Shown here: positions 22,715 through 32,837 of the stretch, piece by piece
Layout: every line of letters starts with the position of its first letter
How positions within the stretch are numbered: position 1 is the stretch's first letter
Translations under genes and position numbers: made by a program
Origin: Nautiliaceae bacterium
GTDB taxonomy: Bacteria; Campylobacterota; Campylobacteria; Campylobacterales; Nautiliaceae
Assembly (NCBI GenBank): GCA_039831155.1
Contig: JBDONT010000043.1
Location: 224,001-288,000 of the forward strand
Direction: 5' to 3'
DNA length: 64,000 nucleotides
Notes under the pieces: model-generated
Databases searched by the model: none
What the model saw: only the letters and a program-made list of their open reading frames with translations
Told to the model about the DNA's origin: nothing

Positions 22715-23425
22715 GTGGAAGACAAAGTTTTTAATAAACCTATCAAAAAACAGTTCGAATTTGACGAAGAAGTGGCAAGTGTTTTTGACGATATGCTAAA
22801 TAGAAGCGTTCCTTTTTACAAAGAAAACCTAAACTTACAAATAGACATCCTAAAAAATTTCTTAAATCCAAACGACAAAGTAGTGGATTTGGGAAGTTCT
22901 ACCGGTACGTTTCTTATAGAATTAGCCAAAAAATTTACTTCCGAACTTAAACTAATAGGTATAGACAATTCCCCTGCTATGATTAAACGAGCCAAAAACA
23001 AAGCCAAAGCCTTTGGAGTAAATATAAAATTTATAGAGGATGACTTTTTAAATTACGATTTCTCAAACTCAAAAGCCGTTATAGCAAACTACACCATTCA
23101 GTTTATAAGACCTTTAAAAAGAGAGAAGCTAATTAAAAAGATATTCAATTCCTTAACAAGCGACGGGATATTTTTGATGAGTGAAAAATTAATAACAGAA
23201 AATAAAAAGCTAAATAAAATTATGATAGATATCTACTATGAATACAAAAAGAAAATGGGGTATAGCGAATTTGAAATAGCTCAAAAAAGAGAAGCCTTAG
23301 AAAACGTCTTAATTCCTTATACTATGAACGAAAACATAGAAATGCTAAAAAACGCCGGTTTTATGGAAATAGAAGTAATTTTTAGATGGAACAATTTTGC
23401 AACGTTTATAGCTTTTAAGAATTAA
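22715..23425 (+). CDS. cmoA: carboxy-S-adenosyl-L-methionine synthase
   Basis: [44 protein letters not shown]. Confidence 0.93.
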   Translation: MEDKVFNKPIKKQFEFDEEVASVFDDMLNRSVPFYKENLNLQIDILKNFLNPNDKVVDLGSSTGTFLIELAKKFTSELKLIGIDNSPAMIKRAKNKAKAFGVNIKFIEDDFLNYDFSNSKAVIANYTIQFIRPLKREKLIKKIFNSLTSDGIFLMSEKLITENKKLNKIMIDIYYEYKKKMGYSEFEIAQKREALENVLIPYTMNENIEMLKNAGFMEIEVIFRWNNFATFIAFKN

Positions 23426-25610
23426 AGTTAATACTTATACTTCCAAGCACTTCAAATTTAGCGTTCGGATCTATTTCGGCGTGAGACAATACCACAACAT
23501 CCACTCCGAATCTCTCAAGTATTTCGGCAAGCGGTTTTCTTATAAGAGGGTCTACTATCAATACAACCGGAGCAATTCCTTTATTTACAATTTCGGCAGC
23601 CGCGTTACTAATCTCCTCTACAAGTTTATTCATTTCGGCAACCGTTAAAAGAAACTGCTTTTGTTCTCCTTGTTTTTGGAGTTTATTCATAAGATACTGC
23701 TCCGTCGCAGAGTCAAACGTAATTAATTTAAGAGTTCCGTCTTCACTCTCATAAAGTTTCGTAATAACACGGCTTAAAGCACTTCTTACGTGTTCTACAA
23801 TCACATCAATATTTTTGGTATATTCGGCCACATCCGCAACGGTCTCAAGAATGGTTATCATATCTTTAATAGGTATTTTTTCGTGAAGAAGAGACTTAAG
23901 CACTCTTTGAATAAGCCCGATACTTGCAACTTTAAGAGCATCTTCCACAATAGCCGGAAAGTCTTTTTTAACTCTATCAAGCAGAGCTTGAACATCTTGA
24001 CGGGTAAGAAGTTCTTCTGCGTATTTTTTAATTATTTCGCTAATATGCGTAACTATTACGGTAGAAGCGTCAACAACAGTATATCCGTTCATCAAAGCCT
24101 CTTCTTTCTTATCTTCGTCAATCCATATAGCGTCTATTCCAAAAGCCGGTTCTTTTACCTTTATCCCTTCAATCTCCTCTATCACCATAGGCGTTGACAT
24201 AGCAAGATATTTATCCGGATAAATCTCCCCTCTTGCAACCTCAACACCTTTTAATAAAATCTGATACTCATTAGGATTTAAATGCAAATTATCCTTAATT
24301 CTGATTTGAGGTACTAAAAACCCAAAGTCTTGAGCTATTTTCTTTCTCATAGTTTTTATCCTATCAAGCAAATCCCCTCCCTGATTAGGGTCGGCTATTT
24401 TAATTAACTGATACCCTATATTAAGTTCTAAAAGCTCAACCTTTAATATATCCTCAAGAACTTTTTCTTCTTCTTTTGCAAGTTCTTCCGGAGATTTTTT
24501 CGGTTTTTGAGCCTCTTTTTTAACACCGTCAGATTTTTTGGCTTGAGTCGAATCTTTTTTAGGAGAAGTGGAAGGTGTTTTTTTTCTAAATTTAGACAGC
24601 AATTCTCCTATAGGGTCAACACCTTTCTCACTCTCCATCATTAAATATCCAGTTACCAAAAACACAAACCCCACAAAAAGCATACTTCCCGTAGGAAACC
24701 CCGGAATAAACGCCATAAAAATCAATATAGTCCCCACTATCAAAACAACTTTATAATCTCTTATTAACTGCTTGATAACACCTTCTGCAAAGTTTGTTTC
24801 GTCTTTTGTGGCTCTTGTGATAATAATACCCGTTGCCGTAGATATCATAAGAGCTGGAATCTGCCCTACAAGTCCGTCTCCTACGGTCAATATCGTATAC
24901 GTAGAAGCCGCCTGGGATAAGCTAAGATCGTGTTGAAAAACACCTATCAAAAACCCGGCTATTATATTTACAAGCGTAATAATAATCCCGGCAACCGCGT
25001 CACCTTTTACAAACTTACTAGCCCCATCCATAGCCCCGTAGAAGTTCGCTTCTTTTATAAGCTCGGCCCTTCTTCTTTTGGCTTCCTCTTCATCAATAAG
25101 CCCGGCATTTAAATCGGCGTCAATAGCCATCTGTTTCCCGGGCATTGCATCAAGCGTAAATCTTGCGGCAACTTCTGCAACCCTTGTAGAACCTTGAGTA
25201 ATCACCATAAAGTTAATAACAACCAAAATAATAAAAACAATTATTCCTATTACGTAGTTTCCTCCAATTACGAAATTCCCAAAAGCCGTAATAATTTCAC
25301 TGACAGACTGTGGACCTTCGTTACCTTTGCTTAGAATCATTCTGGTTGTGGCTACGTTTAAAGAGAGTCTATATAAAGTAACAATCAAAATAATAGTAGG
25401 AAAAGTGGTAAAATCGGTAGGCTTTGGAATATATAAACTTAAAAGCAAAATCAAAACCCCAACCGATAAAGAAATGGTAAGAAAAAAATCGAGTATTCCA
25501 CTTGGAAGAGGAACGATAATAATTAAAAGTATCGCAAAAACAAAGGCGACAACACCTAAATCAGTAATCTCACTAAAAAACCTTAGTGACTTTTTAACCT
25601 TATTTACCAG
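23415..25610 (-). CDS. flhA: flagellar export apparatus protein FlhA
   Basis: [41 protein letters not shown]. The frame extends 52 codons upstream of the called TTG (25454) to a CTG at 25610. Confidence 0.95.
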   Translation of the reverse strand: MVNKVKKSLRFFSEITDLGVVAFVFAILLIIIVPLPSGILDFFLTISLSVGVLILLLSLYIPKPTDFTTFPTIILIVTLYRLSLNVATTRMILSKGNEGPQSVSEIITAFGNFVIGGNYVIGIIVFIILVVINFMVITQGSTRVAEVAARFTLDAMPGKQMAIDADLNAGLIDEEEAKRRRAELIKEANFYGAMDGASKFVKGDAVAGIIITLVNIIAGFLIGVFQHDLSLSQAASTYTILTVGDGLVGQIPALMISTATGIIITRATKDETNFAEGVIKQLIRDYKVVLIVGTILIFMAFIPGFPTGSMLFVGFVFLVTGYLMMESEKGVDPIGELLSKFRKKTPSTSPKKDSTQAKKSDGVKKEAQKPKKSPEELAKEEEKVLEDILKVELLELNIGYQLIKIADPNQGGDLLDRIKTMRKKIAQDFGFLVPQIRIKDNLHLNPNEYQILLKGVEVARGEIYPDKYLAMSTPMVIEEIEGIKVKEPAFGIDAIWIDEDKKEEALMNGYTVVDASTVIVTHISEIIKKYAEELLTRQDVQALLDRVKKDFPAIVEDALKVASIGLIQRVLKSLLHEKIPIKDMITILETVADVAEYTKNIDVIVEHVRSALSRVITKLYESEDGTLKLITFDSATEQYLMNKLQKQGEQKQFLLTVAEMNKLVEEISNAAAEIVNKGIAPVVLIVDPLIRKPLAEILERFGVDVVVLSHAEIDPNAKFEVLGSISINFNS

Positions 25611-26016
25611 ATTTCATCCTTATTACGTCTTCTAAAGTATAATTTTTAATAATATCCAAAAACTTCTCTTCCAAAAATGAAAAAAAAGGTCTTATAGAAC
25701 ATACACTAGACCTACCTCTTACGCAATCTTCTGCATCGTTTGAGCAATAAAATACCAAAGAGTTTTTATCCTCCATAACTTTAAAAATTTCTAAAATTTT
25801 AATCTCTTTTGGAGGTTTTGACAATATAAAACCTCCGTGAATTCCTTTATAAGATTTTACAAAACCCTTTTTTGAGAGAGTCTGCAAAAGCTTAGCCAAA
25901 AAAGGTCTTGGCAAATCGGTAATTTCCGCCAAATGACTAACATCCACCGGTTTATCGAATTTAGACAGTTCAACTAAAGCGTGTAGAGTATAAACCGTCG
26001 ATTTGGTAAATAACAA
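25600..26016 (-). CDS. Rrf2 family transcriptional regulator (three Cys)
   Basis: FLAKLLQTL...VKSYKGIHGGFIL winged HTH; C-x6-C-x7-C near the C-terminus. Confidence 0.9.
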   Translation of the reverse strand: MLFTKSTVYTLHALVELSKFDKPVDVSHLAEITDLPRPFLAKLLQTLSKKGFVKSYKGIHGGFILSKPPKEIKILEIFKVMEDKNSLVFYCSNDAEDCVRGRSSVCSIRPFFSFLEEKFLDIIKNYTLEDVIRMKSGK

Positions 26017-26047
26017 TTTATATCCTTTTTATCAAATTATACCTAAA

Positions 26048-27897
26048 TTATCCTTTTTTATTAAATCTGATATAAGAAACAACACCGTTTTGGGTGTTTT
26101 TTATATCAAGTGAGGCATTAAAATATTTCTCAATAATGATTTTTGACATATAAAGACCTATACCCGTACCTTCTCCTTCATCTTTTGTCGTAAAGTAAGG
26201 CTCAAAAACTTTATCCAAAATCTCCTCTTTTATACCACCCCCGTTATCTTCAACGGCTATCTCTTTTGAATCGGAATCGATATAAATTTTTATTTTTCCT
26301 TCTTCTTTTCTTTCGATTATGGCATCTTTAGAGTTACTCAAAAGATTAAGTATCACTTGTTGAAATTGATTTTTGTTTCCATAAACTTCAAAATCATCCC
26401 CTATTATCTCTATTTCTATGTTATGGGCTTTAAATTGAGCGTTAATTAATCTTAATGTAAACTCAATAGCTTCCCTTACACTAAAAAGCTTTTTTTACTG
26501 TTATCTTTAAAAAAGTTTCTAAAATCATCTATCGTATTACTCATAAAAAATATAGTCTGCATATTTTTTGCAACAAACGAATCAATAACCTCCTCTTTAC
26601 AGCCGTTTTCTTCTATTAATTCCGGTAAAGACTGAATATTAATAGCCAAAGAGTTCAAAGGCTGTCTCCATTGATGAGCAATTGCCCCTATCATCTCCCC
26701 CATTGCGGCAAGCTTTGCCTGGTTTGCAAGAATTTTATCTTTTTGGGTAATCTCTTCTACCGTTTTTTTAACTTTTAGTTCAAGAGAATCGTTTATTTTT
26801 TTTATCTCTTCATTATATTTGCTAAGCATTCTGTTTCTAATAGCAAGTAAAATCAAAACCATAACAACAAAAACCACAACCACCAAAAACATAACAATCC
26901 ACTTTTTATAAACTTCAAAAAAAGAAGTCGGTTTATTTATATATATAGCGTTTTTATAACCAAGTTCATAAGCGTTTATTCCGAATTTTTGAAGATTTTT
27001 TACGTTTAAATACATTTTATTCGCTTTTTCGAACGTAAAAGGAATATCTTTTATATCTTTTCCGTTTAAAAATTCCTTTACTTTTTTAGCAACCTCCACA
27101 CCTTGAGAAAAGCCGTCAGTCACTTTTCCACCCATAATATTGGTATTTAGAATATCTACTAACATATCGCAGTGGACTATCATAGGATTATTGTACTCTT
27201 TGGATAAAAGCTGGGCTACTTTTATATAACTTATATGTTTATCTTTATATCTAAAGCTAAAAGGGGTCAAAAAAAACATTACCGAATTTTTATCGCTTTT
27301 TCTTAAAGCACTTAAAATATCGGATAAATTTGAATCGTTCAAATAAACAAAATTTATGTTTTTTACGTGGGAAAGTGATTTTTTATATAAATTTAAAACC
27401 CCTTTTGCAGAGGTGGAATTATCCAGCACCAAATAAACCATTTTTAAATTTCTTTTAATCTTTTTTGCAAAACGAAGGTTTGCTAAAGGTTCTTTTTTTT
27501 CAAAAACACCGGTATATTCGTTTTTATCCAAAACATCGGCCAAAGAAAGATTATTCACACCACAAAAAAAGACTTTTGCATTTTTAAAAAGAGGAGTGCT
27601 TTTATAACGTCTTATAAAATTTAAGGCATTATCATCGGTTGTAATAATAATATCTATTTTCATATTGCCGTATTTTGAATACAGATAATCAACAAAAGCA
27701 CTTATTCTAGCCGGAGTTGGTCTAAAAACTTTCGTATTCATAAATTCAACGTAAATTTTATTGCTGTTTTTTAAAGTTTTTAAAATTCCCTCCAATTCTT
27801 TTTTAGTCCAGCCCATTGTTATTGAATATGAGTTGATAATCAATATATTTTTTGCAAAAGCACTTACAAACAAAAGTATAAAAGCTATATATCTCAT
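26048..27897 (-). pseudogene. sensor histidine kinase split by a one-base frameshift near 26490-26496
   Basis: Signal peptide, periplasmic binding-protein-like domain, TM and H-box AIAHQWRQPLN in one ORF; N/G1/F/G2 boxes (NLLSNSKDA, DNGGGI, FEPYFTTK, GTGIGL) in the next frame, which is open from the A7 run. Confidence 0.85.
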
Positions 27898-27934
27898 AGC
27901 ATTCCTTCAAAGCTTTTGATTATTTTACAATAAT

Positions 27935-27963
27935 TTGCTTTTTTTTCCAAAACCGTGTATACT
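27935..27963 (+). promoter_or_regulatory. sigma70-type promoter of rpsO
   Basis: TTGCTT (27935-27940), 17-nt spacer, TATACT (27958-27963). Confidence 0.65.
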
Positions 27964-28012
27964 TTCAGTTCAATTCAAAGAAATTTGAAAATTTACCAAT
28001 CAGGAGGCTAAG

Positions 28013-28288
28013 ATGGCTTTAGATTCGGCGAAAAAAAGAGAAATTATCGCTAAATTCGGGAATGACGAAAAAGATACTGGAAGTCCAGCTGTGCAAATCG
28101 CACTTTTAACTGAAAGAATCAACGAAATCAACGAACATCTTAAAACACACAAACACGACCATTCAAGCAGACTAGGTTTACTTAAATTAGTTGGACAAAG
28201 AAAAAGACTTATGAGATATTTAAAAAGAAAAGACCACGATAAATATCTTGAAGTTATCGCAGCTCTTAACTTAAGAGATAGAGTTTAA
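28013..28288 (+). CDS. rpsO: 30S ribosomal protein S15
   Basis: [41 protein letters not shown]. Confidence 0.99.
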   Translation: MALDSAKKREIIAKFGNDEKDTGSPAVQIALLTERINEINEHLKTHKHDHSSRLGLLKLVGQRKRLMRYLKRKDHDKYLEVIAALNLRDRV

Positions 28289-28307
28289 TCTCTTCTCTTA
28301 TTTATTT
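28272..28307 (+). terminator. probable bidirectional terminator at the rpsO / convergent gene junction
   Basis: TAAGAGA(T)AGAG-tttaat-CTCTTCTCTTA hairpin with one bulge, followed by TTTATTT. Confidence 0.5.
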
Positions 28308-28720
28308 AAAGCATCTTTTTCCAGCTCATCCAAAATCTTTGTAAATTCTATATTTTTAGGCAGAATACTTCCGTGAAAATAATCAAAAAGTTTTTTATTT
28401 CTGTTTTTATGGGTAAGTACCTTTTTAAAAAACTCCAAAGAAACCTTTTGATTACTTTTAACATCAAACTTTTGATTATAAAGCATTAAAGCACTAAGCA
28501 AATCGTTTGCGTTTGATTTAGGATTGGAAGCTATATCTAATAAATCCTGCAACGTTATCTCTTTTTTGGTCTCTTTTTTGGAAGACGAAAACTTTCTTTT
28601 AAGCCAAAAAATCAACATCACACAAAAAAGAGTAAACACAAAAAGATAAATCAAAAAAGCAAAAGGAGTATTTGGAGTAATATCCAAAATCCTTTCGCTT
28701 ATAAAAGAGAAAAACTTCAA
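28298..28720 (-). CDS. hypothetical membrane-anchored protein
   Basis: One TM segment near the N-terminus; starts immediately after the hisD stop. Confidence 0.7.
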   Translation of the reverse strand: MKFFSFISERILDITPNTPFAFLIYLFVFTLFCVMLIFWLKRKFSSSKKETKKEITLQDLLDIASNPKSNANDLLSALMLYNQKFDVKSNQKVSLEFFKKVLTHKNRNKKLFDYFHGSILPKNIEFTKILDELEKDALNK

Positions 28721-30010
28721 TTACTTAAGTCTCTCAAGAACCGATTTTTCGTGAGCCGTAAGCCCTTCCGTATGGGCTAAAATCGCACACTCTTTACCCA
28801 TTTGTAAAATAGCTTCTTTTGAAAACGAAATAATAGAAGATTTTTTCATAAAAACCTCAACACTAAGAGGGGAATAAAATTTAGCCGTACCACCCGTTGG
28901 GAGCGTATGATTCGGTCCTGCTATATAATCCCCTATAGGTTCCGGGGTATTTTCTCCAAGGAAAATAGCCCCTGCGTTTTTTATTTTCGGTAAAAGCTCA
29001 AAAGGATTTGAAGTTACTATCTCCAAATGCTCCGGTGCTATCTGATTCATAAGATTAACAGCCTCTTGAATATCCTTTGATACGATAATAGCACCTCTAT
29101 CTTCTATAGATTTTTGAGCTATCTCTTTTCTCTCAAGCTCGTTTAAAAATCTATAAACCTCATCTTTTACCCTGCTAGCCAAATCCTCGTCATCGGTAAT
29201 TAAAATGGAACTCGCCATCTCATCGTGTTCGGCTTGAGAGAGTAAATCGATTGCAAGATAGTTGGCTTTCGCACTTTTATCGGCAATAATACCGATTTCA
29301 CTAGGACCTGCTATCATATCTATATTTACTTCTCCGTATACAAGTTTTTTGGCAGTTGCCACGAATATATTCCCAGGACCCGTAATTACGCCGACTTTAG
29401 GTATTGTTTGAGTCCCATACGCCATAGCGGCAACAGCACTGGCTCCCCCTACTTTAAAAGTCCTAGGACATCCACAAATATATAAAGCCCCCAGTAAAAG
29501 CTCATTAGGTCTGTTTTCAATAACCGGAGTGGTTACTACAATATCTTTAACCCCTGCCACAATAGCCGGAATTACGTTCATTAAAAGAGAACTCGGATAA
29601 AACGCCTTACCTCCCGGTACATACACCCCGGCTTTTTCAACCGATGTTACTTTCTGTCCTAAAATAGTTCCGTTTTCTTCAAAGTCAAGCCAAGATTTAG
29701 GAAGCTGCTTTTCGTGATACGCTTTTATTCTATCAAACGCCAAATGAAGTGCTTTTTTTAACTCTTCGTCTAAATTTTCATAAGCTTTTTTCATTTCATC
29801 TTTGGAGATTTCCAAATCCTCATCCGTTTTCGGCTCCCACTTGTCAAATTTGGCTATATGTCTAAAAAGTGCTTTATTTCCTTCACTTCTTACTTCATTA
29901 ATAATACCTTTCACAATCCCCTCAACATTTTCAATATCCATTTTACCACGGGCTAAAATTTCGTTAAACTCTTTTTCAAATTTAAAAGAAGTGGTTTTGA
30001 TTATTTTCAT
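28721..30010 (-). CDS. hisD: histidinol dehydrogenase
   Basis: [45 protein letters not shown]. Start set at ATG 30010. Confidence 0.97.
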   Translation of the reverse strand: MKIIKTTSFKFEKEFNEILARGKMDIENVEGIVKGIINEVRSEGNKALFRHIAKFDKWEPKTDEDLEISKDEMKKAYENLDEELKKALHLAFDRIKAYHEKQLPKSWLDFEENGTILGQKVTSVEKAGVYVPGGKAFYPSSLLMNVIPAIVAGVKDIVVTTPVIENRPNELLLGALYICGCPRTFKVGGASAVAAMAYGTQTIPKVGVITGPGNIFVATAKKLVYGEVNIDMIAGPSEIGIIADKSAKANYLAIDLLSQAEHDEMASSILITDDEDLASRVKDEVYRFLNELERKEIAQKSIEDRGAIIVSKDIQEAVNLMNQIAPEHLEIVTSNPFELLPKIKNAGAIFLGENTPEPIGDYIAGPNHTLPTGGTAKFYSPLSVEVFMKKSSIISFSKEAILQMGKECAILAHTEGLTAHEKSVLERLK

Positions 30011-30081
30011 AACTTCCCTTTTTTTAAGAAATTGTATCAAAATTAACCCATAAATGTTAAAATTCCGAAAAAAGGAGAGTA

Positions 30082-30801
30082 ATGCAGTTTAATTTAATAA
30101 CCTTTAGTTTTATTTTAGTTTTAATTCCGTTAATTATTTCATACAAACACAAAATAGGAATAGAAAAAGAGCTTTTTTTTAATTCGATAAGGGCGTTTTT
30201 ACAATTAACCGTTTTAGGGTTTGTACTGGGGTTTGTTTTTAAAATAAAAAACCCTCTTTTTTATATTCCCATAATTTTTCTAATGCTTCTCTACTCTTCG
30301 TATATAGCCCAAAAAAGAACTAATTTTTATTTTAAAGCAGCTTTTTACTCTTTAAGTTTAAGTACTACGATTATTCTTTTAATTTTAATAGTTTTTAAAA
30401 TTATTTCTCTAAAACCTCATGAATTTATACCTATTGCAGGAATGATTATAGGAAATTCGCTAAATACCTACACCCTTACGATTGAGAGAATAAAAAGAGA
30501 ACTCGAACTTCAAAAAGAACTGATAGAAGCCTTTATAGCAATAGGTGCCAATATAAAAGAAGCGTTTAAAATTATGCAACGTCAAGCTATAAAAGCCGCT
30601 TTAATTCCCGTTAACAATATGCTCCAGACAATAGGTGTAGTGGCGATCCCGGGAATTACTACGGGTATGCTTTTAGCCGGTGCCTCTCCTTTAAAAGCAG
30701 TAAGTTATCAGATAGTTATTATTTATATGCTGGTAAGTATTAATCTATTTAGTGCGTTATTTGGGAGTTTCTTTTTTATAAAAAACAAATATTCAGATTA
30801 A
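30082..30801 (+). CDS. UPF0014/FetB-type ABC transporter permease
   Basis: RAFLQL, IPIAGMIIGNS, GVVAIPG.TTGMLLAGASPLKAV.YQIVI. Confidence 0.85.
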   Translation: MQFNLITFSFILVLIPLIISYKHKIGIEKELFFNSIRAFLQLTVLGFVLGFVFKIKNPLFYIPIIFLMLLYSSYIAQKRTNFYFKAAFYSLSLSTTIILLILIVFKIISLKPHEFIPIAGMIIGNSLNTYTLTIERIKRELELQKELIEAFIAIGANIKEAFKIMQRQAIKAALIPVNNMLQTIGVVAIPGITTGMLLAGASPLKAVSYQIVIIYMLVSINLFSALFGSFFFIKNKYSD

Positions 30802-30817
30802 GGAGAAAGTCTCCTTA
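30799..30817. terminator. hairpin spanning both convergent stop codons (permease / gpmA)
   Basis: TAAGGAG-AAAGT-CTCCTTA perfect 7-bp stem. Confidence 0.55.
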
Positions 30818-31504
30818 GTCTATATTGTATACGTTTTTGATATGAAGAGCTTCGTCAAACTCATATACTCTAGGAACTCCTGTAGCTATTTCAAATTTCG
30901 GAATATCTTCGTCACTAATTCCGTCAAGTTCTTTTACCATACCTCTAATAGTATTTCCGTGAGCTGTAATAAGTACGTCTTTTCCTTCTACAAGTAAAGG
31001 TGCCACTCTTTCGTGAAACGCAGCCATCGCTCTTATTTGATTATCTTTTAAACTTTCGGTACTTGGTAGTAAATCTTGAGGGAAGTTTTTATAATGAGGG
31101 TCGAATCTCGGATGTCTTTTATCGTCAAGACTCAAAGGTGGAGGTGGTACGTCATAACTTCTTCTATAAAGTAAAAACTTCTCTTCTCCAACTTCCGCTT
31201 TTACTTCGTCTTTATTAAGCCCGGTTAAAGCCCCGTAATGTCTTTCGTTAAATCTCCAGTCTTTTAAATGGTCGATATAAAGCAAATCAAGTTCTTCTAA
31301 AATTATAATTCCCGTTTTAATCGCTCTTTTAAGATATGAAGAAAAACATATATCAAAACTAAATCCGGCTTCTTTTAATTTTTGCCCGGCTTTTTTCGCT
31401 TCTTCAACTCCTTCCGGTGCCAAATCAACATCCACCCATCCTGTGAATCTATTTTGTTTGTTCCATTCGCTTTTTCCGTGTCTAACAAGTACAAGTTTTG
31501 CCAT
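30815..31504 (-). CDS. gpmA: 2,3-bisphosphoglycerate-dependent phosphoglycerate mutase
   Basis: LVLVRHG.SEWN..NRFTGW.DV, NERHYGAL.GLNK, RRSYDVPPP, AHGN. Confidence 0.95.
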   Translation of the reverse strand: MAKLVLVRHGKSEWNKQNRFTGWVDVDLAPEGVEEAKKAGQKLKEAGFSFDICFSSYLKRAIKTGIIILEELDLLYIDHLKDWRFNERHYGALTGLNKDEVKAEVGEEKFLLYRRSYDVPPPPLSLDDKRHPRFDPHYKNFPQDLLPSTESLKDNQIRAMAAFHERVAPLLVEGKDVLITAHGNTIRGMVKELDGISDEDIPKFEIATGVPRVYEFDEALHIKNVYNID

Positions 31505-31521
31505 TTAATCTCCTTTTTAAT

Positions 31522-32013
31522 TTAATAGTGAAATTTTAACAAAATTTTAATTCCTGCTCTATTTTTCCATTCTGCAAGTTTTACTAAAGCCAAATTCACA
31601 TCATACTCTTTACTTATCATAGGGAAAATAACCTCCCCTTTTATCGCAATAAAAAACATATCGCTAAACTCTTTTTTATCTTTTCTTTGGAGAATTAAAT
31701 AAGTAAGAGAATTATCTAAAATTCTGGGAACAGATTTATCTATACAAACGCCTATCTGTTCTCTCATAAACGTATTTAAAGCCTTCATATAATTTAAAAC
31801 CACATCCTCCCAGCTAAGCTCCTCTTTTAAAGAGTTAAATATCCTAACTTCGGTTAGTTTAAGTCTGTTTTTATCTTCCACCCAAACCCCTACGTCATAA
31901 ACCGGCAATTTTTCTTTAAACTTTTCAAAATCCTCCTCTACATCAGCTAAATAAAAAGGGTAATTTGATAAAATTTTAATATTAATATCGTCTCTTAGAT
32001 ATTTTTCGTACAT
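31522..32013 (-). CDS. hypothetical protein
   Basis: 163-aa ORF with AAGGA RBS, filling the gap upstream of gpmA; no recognised motif. Confidence 0.7.
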   Translation of the reverse strand: MYEKYLRDDINIKILSNYPFYLADVEEDFEKFKEKLPVYDVGVWVEDKNRLKLTEVRIFNSLKEELSWEDVVLNYMKALNTFMREQIGVCIDKSVPRILDNSLTYLILQRKDKKEFSDMFFIAIKGEVIFPMISKEYDVNLALVKLAEWKNRAGIKILLKFHY

Positions 32014-32075
32014 AATTTATCCTTTGAGGTAATTTATAAAGTTATAACGGAATTTTAATAAATTGAAGGAGCAAA

Positions 32076-32837
32076 ATGAAAATTTTAATAACAAACGACG
32101 ACTCTTTTGAGGCTAAAGGGCTTGAAATTTTATATGAATCCGTAAAAGACTTAGGAGAAGTAACTGTAGTAGCCCCTGCATTTCCCAAAAGTGCCTGTTC
32201 GCACTCTCTTACCCTCACAAAGCCCCTAAGATTTGTAAAAATAAAAGAAAATTTCTATAAACTTGACGACGGAACCCCGACAGACTGTGTTTATTTGTCG
32301 TTTGAAGAGTTTTTTAAAGGAGAAAAACCCGATTTGGTATTAAGTGGAATTAACCACGGAGCAAATTTAGGAGAAGACGTCACATATTCCGGTACCGCCG
32401 GTGGTGCTATGGAAGGGGCTCTTCACGGAATTCCTTCAATCGCCTTTTCTCAAGTTTTAAAAAGCTACGACACCCCACCGACCGAAGTTAACTGGGAAAA
32501 CGCAAAAAAAGCAGTCAGAGAAATTACAAAAAAAGTAATAGAAAATAAAATCACAATACCTCATCGCCATATCCTAAACGTAAATATTCCGAACACTAAA
32601 GAGATAAAAGGCTTTAAAGCCACAAAACTTGCCTACAGACTCTACGGAAACGACGCCCATAAACACACAAACCCAAGAGGGGAAGAATACTACTGGATAG
32701 GACTTCATCCACTCGCTTTTAAAGAAGAAAAAGGAAGCGACTTTGAGGCTATCAAGCAAGGTTACGTATCCATAACCCCTATAAAACTGGATATGACCGG
32801 ATATGAAGCACTTGAAAAATTAAAAGAAGAGATATGA
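32076..32837 (+). CDS. surE: 5'/3'-nucleotidase SurE
   Basis: ILITNDD, GTPTDCV, SGINHGANLG.DV.YSGT. Confidence 0.96.
   Translation: MKILITNDDSFEAKGLEILYESVKDLGEVTVVAPAFPKSACSHSLTLTKPLRFVKIKENFYKLDDGTPTDCVYLSFEEFFKGEKPDLVLSGINHGANLGEDVTYSGTAGGAMEGALHGIPSIAFSQVLKSYDTPPTEVNWENAKKAVREITKKVIENKITIPHRHILNVNIPNTKEIKGFKATKLAYRLYGNDAHKHTNPRGEEYYWIGLHPLAFKEEKGSDFEAIKQGYVSITPIKLDMTGYEALEKLKEEI

Noticed and set aside
22663..22746. Apparent head-to-head overlap of metY and cmoA
   Set aside because: Artefact of the longest-ORF start; the likely metY start at 22662 leaves a 52-nt divergent gap.
26485..26500. Programmed -1 ribosomal frameshift in the kinase
   Set aside because: The in-frame reading T-AAA-AAA-AGC does not fit an X-XXY-YYZ heptamer, and no downstream stimulatory structure was seen.
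27935..27952. Possible sigma54 promoter (TTGG...GC) on the - strand upstream of the kinase
   Set aside because: GG-to-GC spacing is 8 nt rather than the required 10; the same bases fit the rpsO -35 box.
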